From NCBI GenBank assembly GCA_026395595.1, contig JAPLYL010000005.1, positions 12,853-76,852 on the forward strand: a DNA stretch of 64,000 nt, written 5' to 3'. Below, piece after piece: positions 9,566 through 18,138 of the stretch. The notes below the pieces were generated by a model. The model was not told where the DNA came from, made no database searches, and saw only the letters and a list, made by a program, of their open reading frames with translations. A program made the translations under genes and the position numbers. Numbering within the stretch: position 1 is the stretch's first letter; each line of letters begins with the position of its first letter. Source of the DNA: Candidatus Parcubacteria bacterium. Its GTDB lineage: Bacteria > Patescibacteriota > Minisyncoccia > Phycocordibacterales > CAIJYI01.

Positions 9566-9817
9566 CAGCCTGGTAGTTTTTGTACATGAGGTGACGATTG
9601 GCGGAACTTTGAACCAACAAGTAGGTTAAATTCCACCAAGCTTAATAAAAGTATACAAAAACTGAGGAAAATCTACAGAGAAAATCCTGCGTATTTTGAA
9701 ATTTCGGAGTTTGCACAGAAAACCTACTAAACATCAAAGCGTCCGACCGAACCGACAATTTTTCTCTGTCCTATTATATTATACAACAAACTTTCCGTTA
9801 TTATCCGCTACAATCGG

Positions 9818-10138
9818 CTACACACCTTGAACCTTTTTATTTTTTAACTTCCGAACAAGGAAAAAAGCTAAAACAAAAAAGACTTCCCATATAGCAGCAG
9901 ATAAAATTATCCCGCTTGTCGTGGGTAGTGACCAATAAGCAGTTACATACATACCTAATCCTTTAAGCAGAGGAGTAAATGGTAGAGTAGGTAAAATTAC
10001 CGACATGGCTAAAATTTCTGATAGCGTTCTGACTACGCTCGGCAATTGCATGTCGAAATTGTTTAGAAGGAATGAAGCTAGGAAAGTTAAGCACATGTAG
10101 ATTGGAAAAGCTATAGCTAGAAATCTAAAAAATTTCAT
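9818..10138 (-). CDS. Small hypothetical membrane protein (3 predicted transmembrane segments)
   Basis: Hydrophobic composition and ORF integrity only. Confidence 0.4.
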   Translation of the reverse strand: MKFFRFLAIAFPIYMCLTFLASFLLNNFDMQLPSVVRTLSEILAMSVILPTLPFTPLLKGLGMYVTAYWSLPTTSGIILSAAIWEVFFVLAFFLVRKLKNKKVQGV

Positions 10139-10294
10139 ATTTTGTGATTAATTTAGTTAATGATTTTATTTTAGCATATTTTATACAACTGACCTTCGGT
10201 TCGAATCCCTTGCAGGTAAGCATATTTTATCAAATTTTGTTTTTAAAATGTGCCGTAAAATAAGGATTTTTACTTGCTCATTTTTCAAAACCAT

Positions 10295-10385
10295 TGGCGG
10301 AGAGGAAGAGATTTGAACTCTTGAGGCAGTTTCCCGCCTGCCGGTTTTCGAAACCGGTGCCTTAGACCAACTCAGCCACCTCTCC
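10295..10385 (-). tRNA. tRNA-Ser (anticodon CGA), with a long variable arm and an encoded CCA.
   Basis: The reverse complement folds as a cloverleaf. Acceptor GGAGAGG, anticodon loop TTCGAAA, long variable stem CAGGCGGGAAACTGCCT, T-arm AAGAG-TTCAAAT-CTCTT, and 3' GCCA. Confidence 0.88.
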
Positions 10386-10472
10386 AAGATTATTTGAGAT
10401 AATCCACAATATAATAGCATACCCCCTTTGATTTTTCCAGACAAATATGATATATTCTAACCATAGCCAACA

Positions 10473-10544
10473 GGCCCTATCGTCTAACGGTTAGGACGGA
10501 AGCTTTTCAAGCTTTAAATCAGAGTTCGATTCTCTGTAGGGTCA
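10473..10544 (+). tRNA. tRNA-Glu (anticodon TTC)
   Basis: Acceptor GGCCCTA/TAGGGTC, D-region TCGTCTAACGGTTAGGAC, anticodon loop TTTTCAA, T-arm CAGAG-TTCGATT-CTCTG. Confidence 0.85.
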
Positions 10545-10590
10545 CAGCAGAAAACACCGCTTTAATAGGCGGTGTTTTTTGTGGTTTGTA
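10537..10590 (+). repeat. Last 8 nt of tRNA-Glu (3' acceptor strand plus discriminator) plus a terminator hairpin (aacaccgctttaataggcggtgttttttg). This is copy A of a thrice-repeated module.
   Basis: Closely similar sequence at 11491-11541. A related 5' portion occurs at 12323-12395. Confidence 0.7.
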
Positions 10591-10695
10591 AGGCTCTAAA
10601 AATGTTTTCAGAACCAAAAAAAAACGAGCGAGCTTGACAAATTTTTATTTTTAGTTTAGTATAAAAACTGCATCTAATTCGGATGGAATTATGGG

Positions 10696-11229
10696 GTGGA
10701 TACCCCAAGGGGCAAACAAATGATTAAGTTCTTTAAAAACGCGAAAACTAATCAAGATAAAGATTTCGATGACTGGAAACAGCAAAAAAATGCCGTTGCC
10801 AAAGGGCTATTGCGAGACTTTCCTTGGCTCTGGGCTATTAGAAACCATCATTCTTGGGATGACGGTGAGTACACCAAGGTTAATCAAAATATGGAAGACC
10901 TCAAATCGGTTCTTAGACAATCATCAGACAACTCCAGATTCTCCGTTTGGGGAATAACAAGTCAGGCGTGTGGAGTCTTCAATGTGAGAGCAACATGCTT
11001 TAACCGTTCAGAAGGAAGTATGTGGGCTGAGGCTATCATGCAACAAAATGAATTGTTATCGGATATTCTTTATCTGGTTATTGTTGATCCACTATGGGGA
11101 GAATCACACCCAACTCGTCGTATCACTATTTTTCGTCACACTGAAAAAAAACGATTGAACGAATTGATTGAACATGTGTGTCAACTTCATGGTAGTAATG
11201 CTCATTGGCTAATTTCCTTAGGCGAATAA
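10696..11229 (+). CDS. Hypothetical protein (177 aa)
   Basis: Intact ORF between the tRNA-Glu-end repeats. No recognisable motif. Confidence 0.5.
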   Translation: MDTPRGKQMIKFFKNAKTNQDKDFDDWKQQKNAVAKGLLRDFPWLWAIRNHHSWDDGEYTKVNQNMEDLKSVLRQSSDNSRFSVWGITSQACGVFNVRATCFNRSEGSMWAEAIMQQNELLSDILYLVIVDPLWGESHPTRRITIFRHTEKKRLNELIEHVCQLHGSNAHWLISLGE

Positions 11230-11472
11230 TTAAATTACACAACCGCTAAACAGGAAACTGTTTAGCGGTTTCTTGTTTTTAGGCAATATCACAACACTAC
11301 ATGGACATAATAAACCTCTTCATTGTGCTACTGCAAATTGACTCAGGGTCAAAAGACTAACAGGTTTTTCAAAACAGCGACTCGGAGTACCGAACCGCTG
11401 TTTTATTTGACACCATATATAAAAAACGAGAATGTTTCTATGGCACTTTTCATACAACTCCGTTGCGGAACA

Positions 11473-11541
11473 AGTTCTGAAAGCCACGCAATGGGGTCAC
11501 AACAAAAAGCACCGCTTTAATGGGCGGTGTTTTTTTGTGGG
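11473..11541. repeat. Copy B: agttctgaaagccacgcaatggggtcacaacaaaaagcaccgctttaatgggcggtgttttttt. A tRNA-Glu-3'-end-like motif plus a terminator.
   Basis: Aligns with 10537-10590 at its 3' part and with 12323-12350 at its 5' part. Confidence 0.7.
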
Positions 11542-11558
11542 AAAGTTGCAAAGTAAAT

Positions 11559-12218
11559 TTAAAACAGGTTTTCTAAATCTTTCAACTTTAGTTCTTTAAA
11601 ATTTGAAAAAATATAATCAGCCTCAAAAAAATCTTCTTTAGGATGATTTTCTGTTACAAATGCAACGGATTTCATGTTTGCATTATTTGCAGCCTCAATC
11701 CCGTTCACGGCATCCTCAATAACGACACAATCCTTAGGTGATACACTAATCCTTTTTGCGGCCTCTAGAAAGACTTCTGGGTTCGGTTTATGACTATTAA
11801 CATCATCGGCTGTTACCAAAGCATCTAATTGGTCAAAAATCCCAAGTAATTTTAAGAAAATTTCAGCTCTATACTTAAAACTCGACGTCGCTACGGCAAT
11901 TTTCATTCCTTTATCTTTGGCTTCTTTAATTAAATTTAAAACTGTGATATCTGGTACTAATCTTTCTTTTAATAGTTCCAACTGATAAGAGAAAGCCTCC
12001 TTTGAAAATTGATCTATGTCTAAATCTTTTGGGATATTTGGATACTCTTCTTTCCACATCTCTAACTGGTCTCTTAATGAGCGGCCTAAATATTTTTTCT
12101 TATCCTTCGAACCTATTTCGACGTTGTATTTTTCCAAAGCCATATTAAATGACCTAGAGATTACCCCTTCTGATTTTATCAGTACTCCGTCCATATCAAA
12201 AATAATTGCTTTTAGCAT
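11559..12218 (-). CDS. HAD-IA family hydrolase (beta-phosphoglucomutase-like)
   Basis: N-terminal DxD motif IIFDMDGVL, plus the conserved HAD motifs III/IV region VIEDAVNGIEAANNANM. Confidence 0.8.
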   Translation of the reverse strand: MLKAIIFDMDGVLIKSEGVISRSFNMALEKYNVEIGSKDKKKYLGRSLRDQLEMWKEEYPNIPKDLDIDQFSKEAFSYQLELLKERLVPDITVLNLIKEAKDKGMKIAVATSSFKYRAEIFLKLLGIFDQLDALVTADDVNSHKPNPEVFLEAAKRISVSPKDCVVIEDAVNGIEAANNANMKSVAFVTENHPKEDFFEADYIFSNFKELKLKDLENLF

Positions 12219-12322
12219 AGTATATACTTTATATCATAAAATATGATTATACTCTATTTTATGCGTAGTTTAAACTAAAAACGGGTAACTTTTGAATCGC
12301 AAATTTAATATCATTTCGATTC

Positions 12323-12395
12323 AGTTCTGAAAGCCATGCTATGGGGTCACACTAAAAAATCACTTGGAGGCTTCGCCTCCAAGTGATTTTGTTTT
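12323..12395. repeat. Copy C: agttctgaaagccatgctatggggtcacactaaaaaa followed by a different hairpin terminator (tcacttggaggcttcgcctccaagtga).
   Basis: The 5' half matches copy B. The hairpin has a perfect 11-bp stem. Confidence 0.65.
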
Positions 12396-12396
12396 A

Positions 12397-12819
12397 CTAC
12401 TGCGGTTTTACACTTGAGTGGTGATGGGCAATCTTCCATTCACCGTTCTCATCTTGCGTCCAGAGAAACGTAAATCTTGCTTCAACGGTTTTTCGTTCGC
12501 CGTCTTGGTCAACCGTAAAGTCGTACATTCCCGAGTGCAAATAGCTGTTCGGAGAAAGCGTTTGGACTTTTTCTTTCACCACTTTCCCTTCGGGGTTTTT
12601 CTGCAAAAAATGTTCAAAATACCCTTCCGTTTCTTCCTGTCCGAATTTGAAATCGGGTGAAAGCGTCGGCAAGAACGTCGCGTCTTCCGTGTACATCTCC
12701 GCCACTTTTTTCGGATCTCGGCTCAAAAGCGCTTCGTTCCAGCGATTAAAATTTTCGGAAACAACTTTTTGTTCTATCGTATTTTGTTGCATAAGCATTT
12801 CTTCTTTTTGTTCAGACAT
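12397..12819 (-). CDS. NTF2-like / SnoaL-like (DUF4440-type) small protein
   Basis: 140 aa, with a pattern typical of the ketosteroid-isomerase-like fold (WNEA...D, FTFLW...W.IAHHH). Weak family assignment. Confidence 0.5.
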   Translation of the reverse strand: MSEQKEEMLMQQNTIEQKVVSENFNRWNEALLSRDPKKVAEMYTEDATFLPTLSPDFKFGQEETEGYFEHFLQKNPEGKVVKEKVQTLSPNSYLHSGMYDFTVDQDGERKTVEARFTFLWTQDENGEWKIAHHHSSVKPQ

Positions 12820-12918
12820 GAATAAAAATTTACATAATAAAGATTTTTTACCAGTCTTTATCTTAACACTTTTTCATATTGTGTCAAACTCTCATCTATG
12901 GTATCATAATTCGCACGT

Positions 12919-13305
12919 ATGGATGAAGAATTATACAAAGAAAATATCCTTGACCGGTACAAAAACCCGCGCAACAAAAAGGCTCCCGAAAAATACGATA
13001 TTCACGAAGGAGGCGCCAATGCGAGCTGCGGGGACGCGTTGGTCGTATTCCTTTCTTTTGACGAGAACGGGGTTATTACTCAAGCCCACTGGGATGGCGA
13101 AGGATGCGCGGTAAGCCAAGCGGCCGCCGACATGCTTATGGAAAAACTTATCGGAAAAACCATGGAGCAAGTCGGTCTGATCGGAGAACAAGATATTCGG
13201 GATATGCTTGGCATTTCTATCGGCCCTTCCCGCGAAAAGTGCGCTTTCTTGCCGATGAATACCCTCCGAAGATGGCTCGGTGAACCGCAATTTGGACCAC
13301 TCTAA
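12919..13305 (+). CDS. sufU: SUF-type Fe-S cluster scaffold SufU/IscU-like (NifU N-terminal domain)
   Basis: NPRN motif, conserved Cys in GDAL..CGD context and C..GC..S, plus C-terminal KCAFL. Confidence 0.8.
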   Translation: MDEELYKENILDRYKNPRNKKAPEKYDIHEGGANASCGDALVVFLSFDENGVITQAHWDGEGCAVSQAAADMLMEKLIGKTMEQVGLIGEQDIRDMLGISIGPSREKCAFLPMNTLRRWLGEPQFGPL

Positions 13306-13383
13306 AAGAAAAAAAAGAAATAAGCAAAAAGGAAAAAAGGACGGCAAAAAAAATAGTAAAATAGAAAAATAGCAAATAATAAA

Positions 13384-14109
13384 ATGAAACTGGAAATTAA
13401 AAATCTTTCCGTAACAGCCGAAGAGAAGAACGTCGTGAACGATGTTTCTTTTACTATGAAATCGGGTGAAGTACATATCCTTATGGGTTCCAACGGTTCA
13501 GGAAAAAGTTCCCTCGTGAACGCGCTCATGGGTCATGCGAAATACAAAATCACGAGCGGAAATATCATTCTGGACGAAGAAGACATCACTTCCCTTTCCA
13601 CCGACAAAAAAGCAAAAAAAGGATTGTTTCTTTCTCTCCAGCACCTCCCCGAAATTGACGGCGTTTCTTTCACCAATTTCCTTTACCGCGCCTACAAAGA
13701 AATGAAAGGAAAGGATATCACTCTTTTGGAATTCAATACGTTCGTAAAAGAAGAAGCGGCAAAATACGGACTGGAACCGACTTTTCTCAGACGAAGCGTA
13801 AACGCGGGCCTTTCCGGAGGAGAAAAGAAACAGAGTGAAGCCTTTCAACTGGCTTTCTTTGAACCCGCTTTTGCTTTCTTGGATGAAATCGATTCAGGCG
13901 TAGATATTGATGCCGTAGAAAAAATCTTCAGTGTTATCCGCACTCTGAAAGAAAAAGGAACGAGCTTCCTCCTTATCACTCACTATGGAAAGATACTGGA
14001 AAAAATAACTCCCGATTTTGTTCACATCATGAAAGACGGAAAAATCATCAAAAGCGGAGGACCAGAACTCGCCGAAGAAATTTCAGCGCACGGTTTTAAC
14101 AACAACTAA
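13384..14109 (+). CDS. sufC: Fe-S cluster assembly ATPase SufC
   Basis: Walker A GSNGSGKSS, ABC signature LSGGEKK, Walker B FLDEIDSG, H-loop ITHY. Confidence 0.88.
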   Translation: MKLEIKNLSVTAEEKNVVNDVSFTMKSGEVHILMGSNGSGKSSLVNALMGHAKYKITSGNIILDEEDITSLSTDKKAKKGLFLSLQHLPEIDGVSFTNFLYRAYKEMKGKDITLLEFNTFVKEEAAKYGLEPTFLRRSVNAGLSGGEKKQSEAFQLAFFEPAFAFLDEIDSGVDIDAVEKIFSVIRTLKEKGTSFLLITHYGKILEKITPDFVHIMKDGKIIKSGGPELAEEISAHGFNNN

Positions 14110-14110
14110 T

Positions 14111-14398
14111 ATGCTTGCAGAAAAAAACATTTTGGAATCTCTCCGCAAAGTCAAAGACCCGGAAATAAATCTTGATATCGTAGAACTCGGACTCATCCGC
14201 AAAATCACTCTTGATGAAGAAGGCGTGGAAATTCTCATGACCCTAACTTCCCCTTTCTGTCCGTTCGCTGATACTCTCATCGGACAGGTAGAAAAAGAAG
14301 TGGGAAAGTTAGACGGCGCCGGACTCGTGCGGGTGGAAATAACGTTTGACCCGCCATGGGAACCGACACTCGAATTGAAAGAAAAACTCGGACTCTAA
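14111..14398 (+). CDS. sufT: DUF59 / SufT-family Fe-S assembly protein
   Basis: 95 aa. V.DPEI..DIVELGLI and conserved Cys in TLTSPFCP; the start overlaps the sufC stop. Confidence 0.8.
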   Translation: MLAEKNILESLRKVKDPEINLDIVELGLIRKITLDEEGVEILMTLTSPFCPFADTLIGQVEKEVGKLDGAGLVRVEITFDPPWEPTLELKEKLGL

Positions 14399-14404
14399 AA
14401 AAAG

Positions 14405-14436
14405 AAAATCCCGCTACGGCATGCCGCAGCGGGATT
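14405..14436 (+). terminator. Hairpin atcccgctacggcatgccgcagcgggat followed by a T-rich tail.
   Basis: 12-bp stem with a single mismatch. Confidence 0.55.
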
Positions 14437-14442
14437 TGTACG

Positions 14443-14898
14443 TTATAAGGTCATACGAAAGACTAAAGGTAAAAAAACAAAGTCGTCATCATCATAAAGT
14501 ACATCGTCGTAATCATAATCAGGCAGATATTCAACCATCCAATCCCTGTCATCGCAATCATAGTCACTGCCGTCATCTGGATCATCTTCAACCCAACTCC
14601 AACCGCCCCAATAACCATTACAATCACAACCGTCCCATGGGTCAAAGTAGTATTCCCCTTCCCGTGATTCCCACGAATAATCCCACCACTCCCAATTTTC
14701 TTCGGTGTCTTCCGTTGACCATCGCAAAGCGATTTCCTTATCAACAATAACAGAATCCGCTTCATTTGGCAGAAGCGTTGCCCTAAAACCTTGTATGCTC
14801 ACGGTAATACCCTCTTTTGAGTGTATGAAAACAACAACCAAACCGGAATCTAGTATAGCATAATGTAGATATAATGTCAACAAATTTTTGTTTTTCAA
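14443..14898 (-). CDS. Acidic Trp/Asp/Tyr-rich small protein. The ORF track starts at the ATG at 14898, but the probable real start is the GTG at 14802.
   Basis: A consensus promoter (14852-14880) lies inside the annotated N-terminus. An AGAGGG RBS sits 7 nt before the in-frame GTG at 14802. The C-terminus is extremely acidic (WEWWDYSWE, DDPDDGSDYDCDD). Confidence 0.45.
   Translation of the reverse strand: MKNKNLLTLYLHYAILDSGLVVVFIHSKEGITVSIQGFRATLLPNEADSVIVDKEIALRWSTEDTEENWEWWDYSWESREGEYYFDPWDGCDCNGYWGGWSWVEDDPDDGSDYDCDDRDWMVEYLPDYDYDDVLYDDDDFVFLPLVFRMTL
14852..14880 (-). promoter_or_regulatory. Consensus sigma70 promoter TTGACA-17-TATACT on the minus strand.
   Basis: Hexamers read directly. 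It is positioned to drive the acidic protein from the internal GTG start. Confidence 0.55.
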
Positions 14899-14966
14899 AC
14901 CCTCTTTTCCTTTTCACAAAAACGAATATGTGGTATAGTAGAGACAAGAGATAAAATCTCTTTTTT

Positions 14967-15587
14967 ATGACAAAAGATCAACAAGACTCAATAGCAAATT
15001 CAAACGTCGGAACAAGAGACTTATACCGATATTCAAAAGAATTGAATACCAGTTACATTGATGTTGAAATAGATTTTTATCGCGAACTCTACAACGAATG
15101 GGATTTCTCCCCTATCACCAATCGCGATCTGGATGAAGAACTTTTTGAGTTCTTGGAATCCTGCGTGGCGGAAATAAATCGCAGACACAAAGTATCTATC
15201 GTTTTCCATATTCCTGAAAGCCTCAAAGACCACGAAAAGGAAGAAAAAAGCATTCAAGGTTTTACCAACTACTTCAATTACGAGATCAGAAAACAGAATA
15301 ATAAAATCCGTGCGATAACAAAGAATGCTCTCGTTTCCGGCTTATACGGTTTGATGTTCCTCTTCGCGGGTACATGGTCAATCAATTTTGTAGATACCCA
15401 TGAACAATTTTCCAACCTCGCCTTTTTAACGGAAGGAATTCTCATCGGCGGATGGGTGCTCGTCTGGGAACTGGTTCATACCGTGTTCTTTGAATCAAAA
15501 GATTTGTTCCACCAAAAATGGATATTGGAACGCCTCCGCGATGCTAAGATAGAATTTGAATACACGGACAAACCGACCTCTTACTAA
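14967..15587 (+). CDS. Hypothetical membrane protein (2 C-terminal transmembrane helices)
   Basis: Intact 206-aa ORF with a strong terminator (15590-15640) immediately after. Confidence 0.55.
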   Translation: MTKDQQDSIANSNVGTRDLYRYSKELNTSYIDVEIDFYRELYNEWDFSPITNRDLDEELFEFLESCVAEINRRHKVSIVFHIPESLKDHEKEEKSIQGFTNYFNYEIRKQNNKIRAITKNALVSGLYGLMFLFAGTWSINFVDTHEQFSNLAFLTEGILIGGWVLVWELVHTVFFESKDLFHQKWILERLRDAKIEFEYTDKPTSY

Positions 15588-15677
15588 ACCGCCATCAAAA
15601 AATATCGCCTTTCCGCATTTACGGAAAGGCGATATTTCTGATATACTAAGCGTATTATTTAGGCATAAATCATATCT

Positions 15678-16133
15678 ATGACGATACAAGAACAAATACG
15701 AGAAGAGATAAAAAAAGCGATGTTTGCCAAAGACCAGCTTCGGCTTGAAACCATGCGCGGTCTTCTCGCCGCTTTTACCAACGAACTGGTCGCGACCAAA
15801 CGCACTCCGCAAGAACCGCTCCCTGATGAAGATGCGCTCAAAGTCATTAAGCGCGCATCCAACCAAAGGAAGGATTCCATAGACCAATTTGAAAAAGGCG
15901 GACGAAAAGAACTCGCCGACAAAGAACGTGCGGAACTGGCCATCATAGAAACCTTCCTCCCAAAGATGATGAGCAAAGACGAAATCCGAAAAATAGCCGA
16001 AGCTAAAAAAGCGGAACTCGGAGTGAACGACAAATCCAAGATGGGCGTATTCATGGGCACGGTTATGAAAGAACTCAAAGGAAGAGCCGATGGAACAGAT
16101 GTAAAAGAAGTCGTGGAAAGCTTATTTATTTAA
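15678..16133 (+). CDS. GatB/YqeY domain protein
   Basis: About 150 aa with the characteristic MK..D..R...LR pattern and a C-terminal GatB-like segment. Confidence 0.8.
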   Translation: MTIQEQIREEIKKAMFAKDQLRLETMRGLLAAFTNELVATKRTPQEPLPDEDALKVIKRASNQRKDSIDQFEKGGRKELADKERAELAIIETFLPKMMSKDEIRKIAEAKKAELGVNDKSKMGVFMGTVMKELKGRADGTDVKEVVESLFI

Positions 16134-16210
16134 ACCTTTACAAAAACTAATTTGTATTGTAAACTAAAAGCAAACACAAATTGATTTTTGACACATAAAA
16201 GGAGAACTTT

Positions 16211-17125
16211 ATGGAAAAAACATCATCATTAGACAGGGTCGTCGGAAAAGTTTCAGAGGAAGAAAAAACAAATATCTTTGCCAAATTCAAAACAAGATTT
16301 GAAACAACCGATATTCCAAAGCTGAAAGAATTGGAAAGAGAGAAAACCCCCAAAGAACAACAAATACTTCATGAAATAAATGAAGCAACAAATGCGATCC
16401 GCAGGAAATTCGGTCTGGAAGATTTTAACATTCCTGAAGAGATCATGCACATTATCCCCAAAGAAAACTGGGCGACGGAAGGCGAAACCGCCGTATCTCT
16501 CCCAGAACTACAACGTGTTTTGCTTCGCGAAAGAGATCGCGATATTCACTTTGCCGAGAGCGCTTTTCATGAAGCGGTTCACTTCAAATCATACAATGCC
16601 GTTCAAAAACTGACCGACTGTGATGAAGTTGTGAGTTATCGCCACGGTCTGCGTATATGGCCCCGTTCCAAAGAAAAAAGAAATTCCCTTCCGAACGGCG
16701 ACCCGTTGAGTTATTTTACCGACCTGAACGAAGCGGTAACGGAAGAGCTCACCAGACAATACATCATGATCCAAAAAGAGAATCCACTCTACAAAAAAGA
16801 TTTTGATGAAACGAAAGAGTTAAAAGAAGAAGCGTTAAAAAAGGGACAGTATAAACTTCTACTGGATCAGGAAATTTTTTCTCTGTTCAAAGACCCCGGC
16901 GATGAAACAATACGATATGCGAAATTTGCCTACCCAGCAGAACGTTTCTCTCTCTTCCAGATCAGAAACGACCTCTTCCAAAAAAATCGTGATATTTTCA
17001 AAACCTCGGAAGAAGTCCTTGATGTTTTCGCCAGAGCGATGTTCACGGGAAATATGATGGAACTTTCGCACCTCATGGAAAAGACCTTCGGCAAAGGAAC
17101 CATGCGAGCCGTCGGAACGCCGTAA
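16211..17125 (+). CDS. Hypothetical protein with an HExxH motif (FHEAVHF); possible zinc metallopeptidase-like
   Basis: AGGAGAA RBS and an intact 304-aa ORF. HEAVH is the only catalytic-looking motif. A perfect terminator sits at 17135-17172. Confidence 0.55.
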   Translation: MEKTSSLDRVVGKVSEEEKTNIFAKFKTRFETTDIPKLKELEREKTPKEQQILHEINEATNAIRRKFGLEDFNIPEEIMHIIPKENWATEGETAVSLPELQRVLLRERDRDIHFAESAFHEAVHFKSYNAVQKLTDCDEVVSYRHGLRIWPRSKEKRNSLPNGDPLSYFTDLNEAVTEELTRQYIMIQKENPLYKKDFDETKELKEEALKKGQYKLLLDQEIFSLFKDPGDETIRYAKFAYPAERFSLFQIRNDLFQKNRDIFKTSEEVLDVFARAMFTGNMMELSHLMEKTFGKGTMRAVGTP

Positions 17126-17327
17126 AATACCACTCAATGTAAAAGCAAACGCATCCCTAATAGGGATGCGTTTTTTTGTAAAAACAATGTCTTTACAAAA
17201 TCAGATTTGCGTTATAGTCTAAAAACAGATAGGTATTGATTTTCACGTAAACTCGCCTACGCCAACCCTCCTTTGCTAAAGTTACGGCAGAGCAAGAGGC
17301 TACGGCGAAGCGAAGAAGGAGGTTCTA

Positions 17328-17921
17328 ATGAATACCGCGCTGTTTTTCTCTCTCCTCTCCGGAGTTCTTATTTTGTTCGGGTATATCATCTATAACCGCG
17401 GGATATTTCTTGGGACATGCCGTCCTAATGCCGTCTCTTGGGCGGTGTGGACGATGACATCAATTCTCAACTTGATGAGTTATTTCGTCATAACAGATGA
17501 CATTCTCAAAGTTGGCATGTCTGCGGTCTCCACCCTCGCTTGTCTTCTTACTTTTATTTTCTTACTCGGCAAAAAAAGCTACGGACCATTATCCCTCGTT
17601 GAGAAAATAACAATCGGTATCGGGATTATCTCCGCTTTCGCCTGGTGGCAATTTCATTCCGCCGTATCAGGAAACTTGATACTGCAATTCGCTATTATCG
17701 CCGGTTTTATTTCCACATATCGGAGTATCTGGAAAAACCCGTCAGGAGAAAGCCTTCTCTCTTGGACGCTATTCACCCTCGCTTATGCTTCTCTGGCGAC
17801 TACGGTCGTTCTTTGCGGGAACGAAAGTTTACCTGAACTGATATATCCCTTCTTGGGTCTGTTCCTGCACTTCACTTCGGCTTTTCTTATCATAATGAGA
17901 AGAAGGTCCCATAAGGCTTGA
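17328..17921 (+). CDS. Polytopic membrane protein (about 6 transmembrane segments), paralogous to 51339..51980
   Basis: Shared blocks with the 51.3 kb ORF (YxNxFLRGGxxP/N, AxxWWQ/R, a C-terminal RRR/RRK stop-transfer). The AGGAGG RBS is part of a leader with anti-SD complementarity. Confidence 0.65.
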   Translation: MNTALFFSLLSGVLILFGYIIYNRGIFLGTCRPNAVSWAVWTMTSILNLMSYFVITDDILKVGMSAVSTLACLLTFIFLLGKKSYGPLSLVEKITIGIGIISAFAWWQFHSAVSGNLILQFAIIAGFISTYRSIWKNPSGESLLSWTLFTLAYASLATTVVLCGNESLPELIYPFLGLFLHFTSAFLIIMRRRSHKA

Positions 17922-17946
17922 CATTATTAAGAAAGTAGCGTATAAT
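17918..17946 (+). promoter_or_regulatory. Perfect consensus sigma70 promoter TTGACA-17-TATAAT
   Basis: Read directly. It overlaps the stop codon of ORF 17328..17921 and lies 55 nt upstream of the small ORF at 18001. Confidence 0.7.
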
Positions 17947-18000
17947 AGATATTAGGTTCATCACAGACCTCCCTCAAACAAACCAATAGAAGGTTATAGT

Positions 18001-18138
18001 ATGAAAGGAAGAGACAAGCAAGGCCGAGAAAAAGGCAAAAAGCCACTTTTGACACCGGAAGAAAAACGTCGTCAAAAACGCGAACGTAAGCAAGAAAAAA
18101 CTACTGGCGAACGTTTTAAAGAACAAATGGGTCACTAG
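18001..18138 (+). CDS. Unannotated 45-aa highly basic small protein (MKGRDKQGREKGKKPLLTPEEKRRQKRERKQEKTTGERFKEQMGH)
   Basis: Not in the ORF track (shorter than 60 aa). It is preceded by the consensus promoter and a GAAGG RBS, and followed directly by a perfect terminator (aaagccccac tct gtggggcttttttt). Confidence 0.55.
   Translation: MKGRDKQGREKGKKPLLTPEEKRRQKRERKQEKTTGERFKEQMGH

Noticed and set aside
10196-10222. ggttcgaatcc T-loop-like motif near tRNA-Ser, suggesting another tRNA or fragment
   Set aside because: The flanks do not form a T-stem (only 2 bp pair), and no acceptor or anticodon arms can be built. It is probably a chance T-loop-like sequence, at most an extremely decayed fragment.
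14421-14750. Plus-strand ORF (109 aa, His/Asn/Arg-rich) overlapping the acidic minus-strand ORF
   Set aside because: It is the mirror of the Asp/Trp-rich codons on the other strand. The minus-strand gene has a promoter, an RBS and a terminator; the plus-strand ORF does not.
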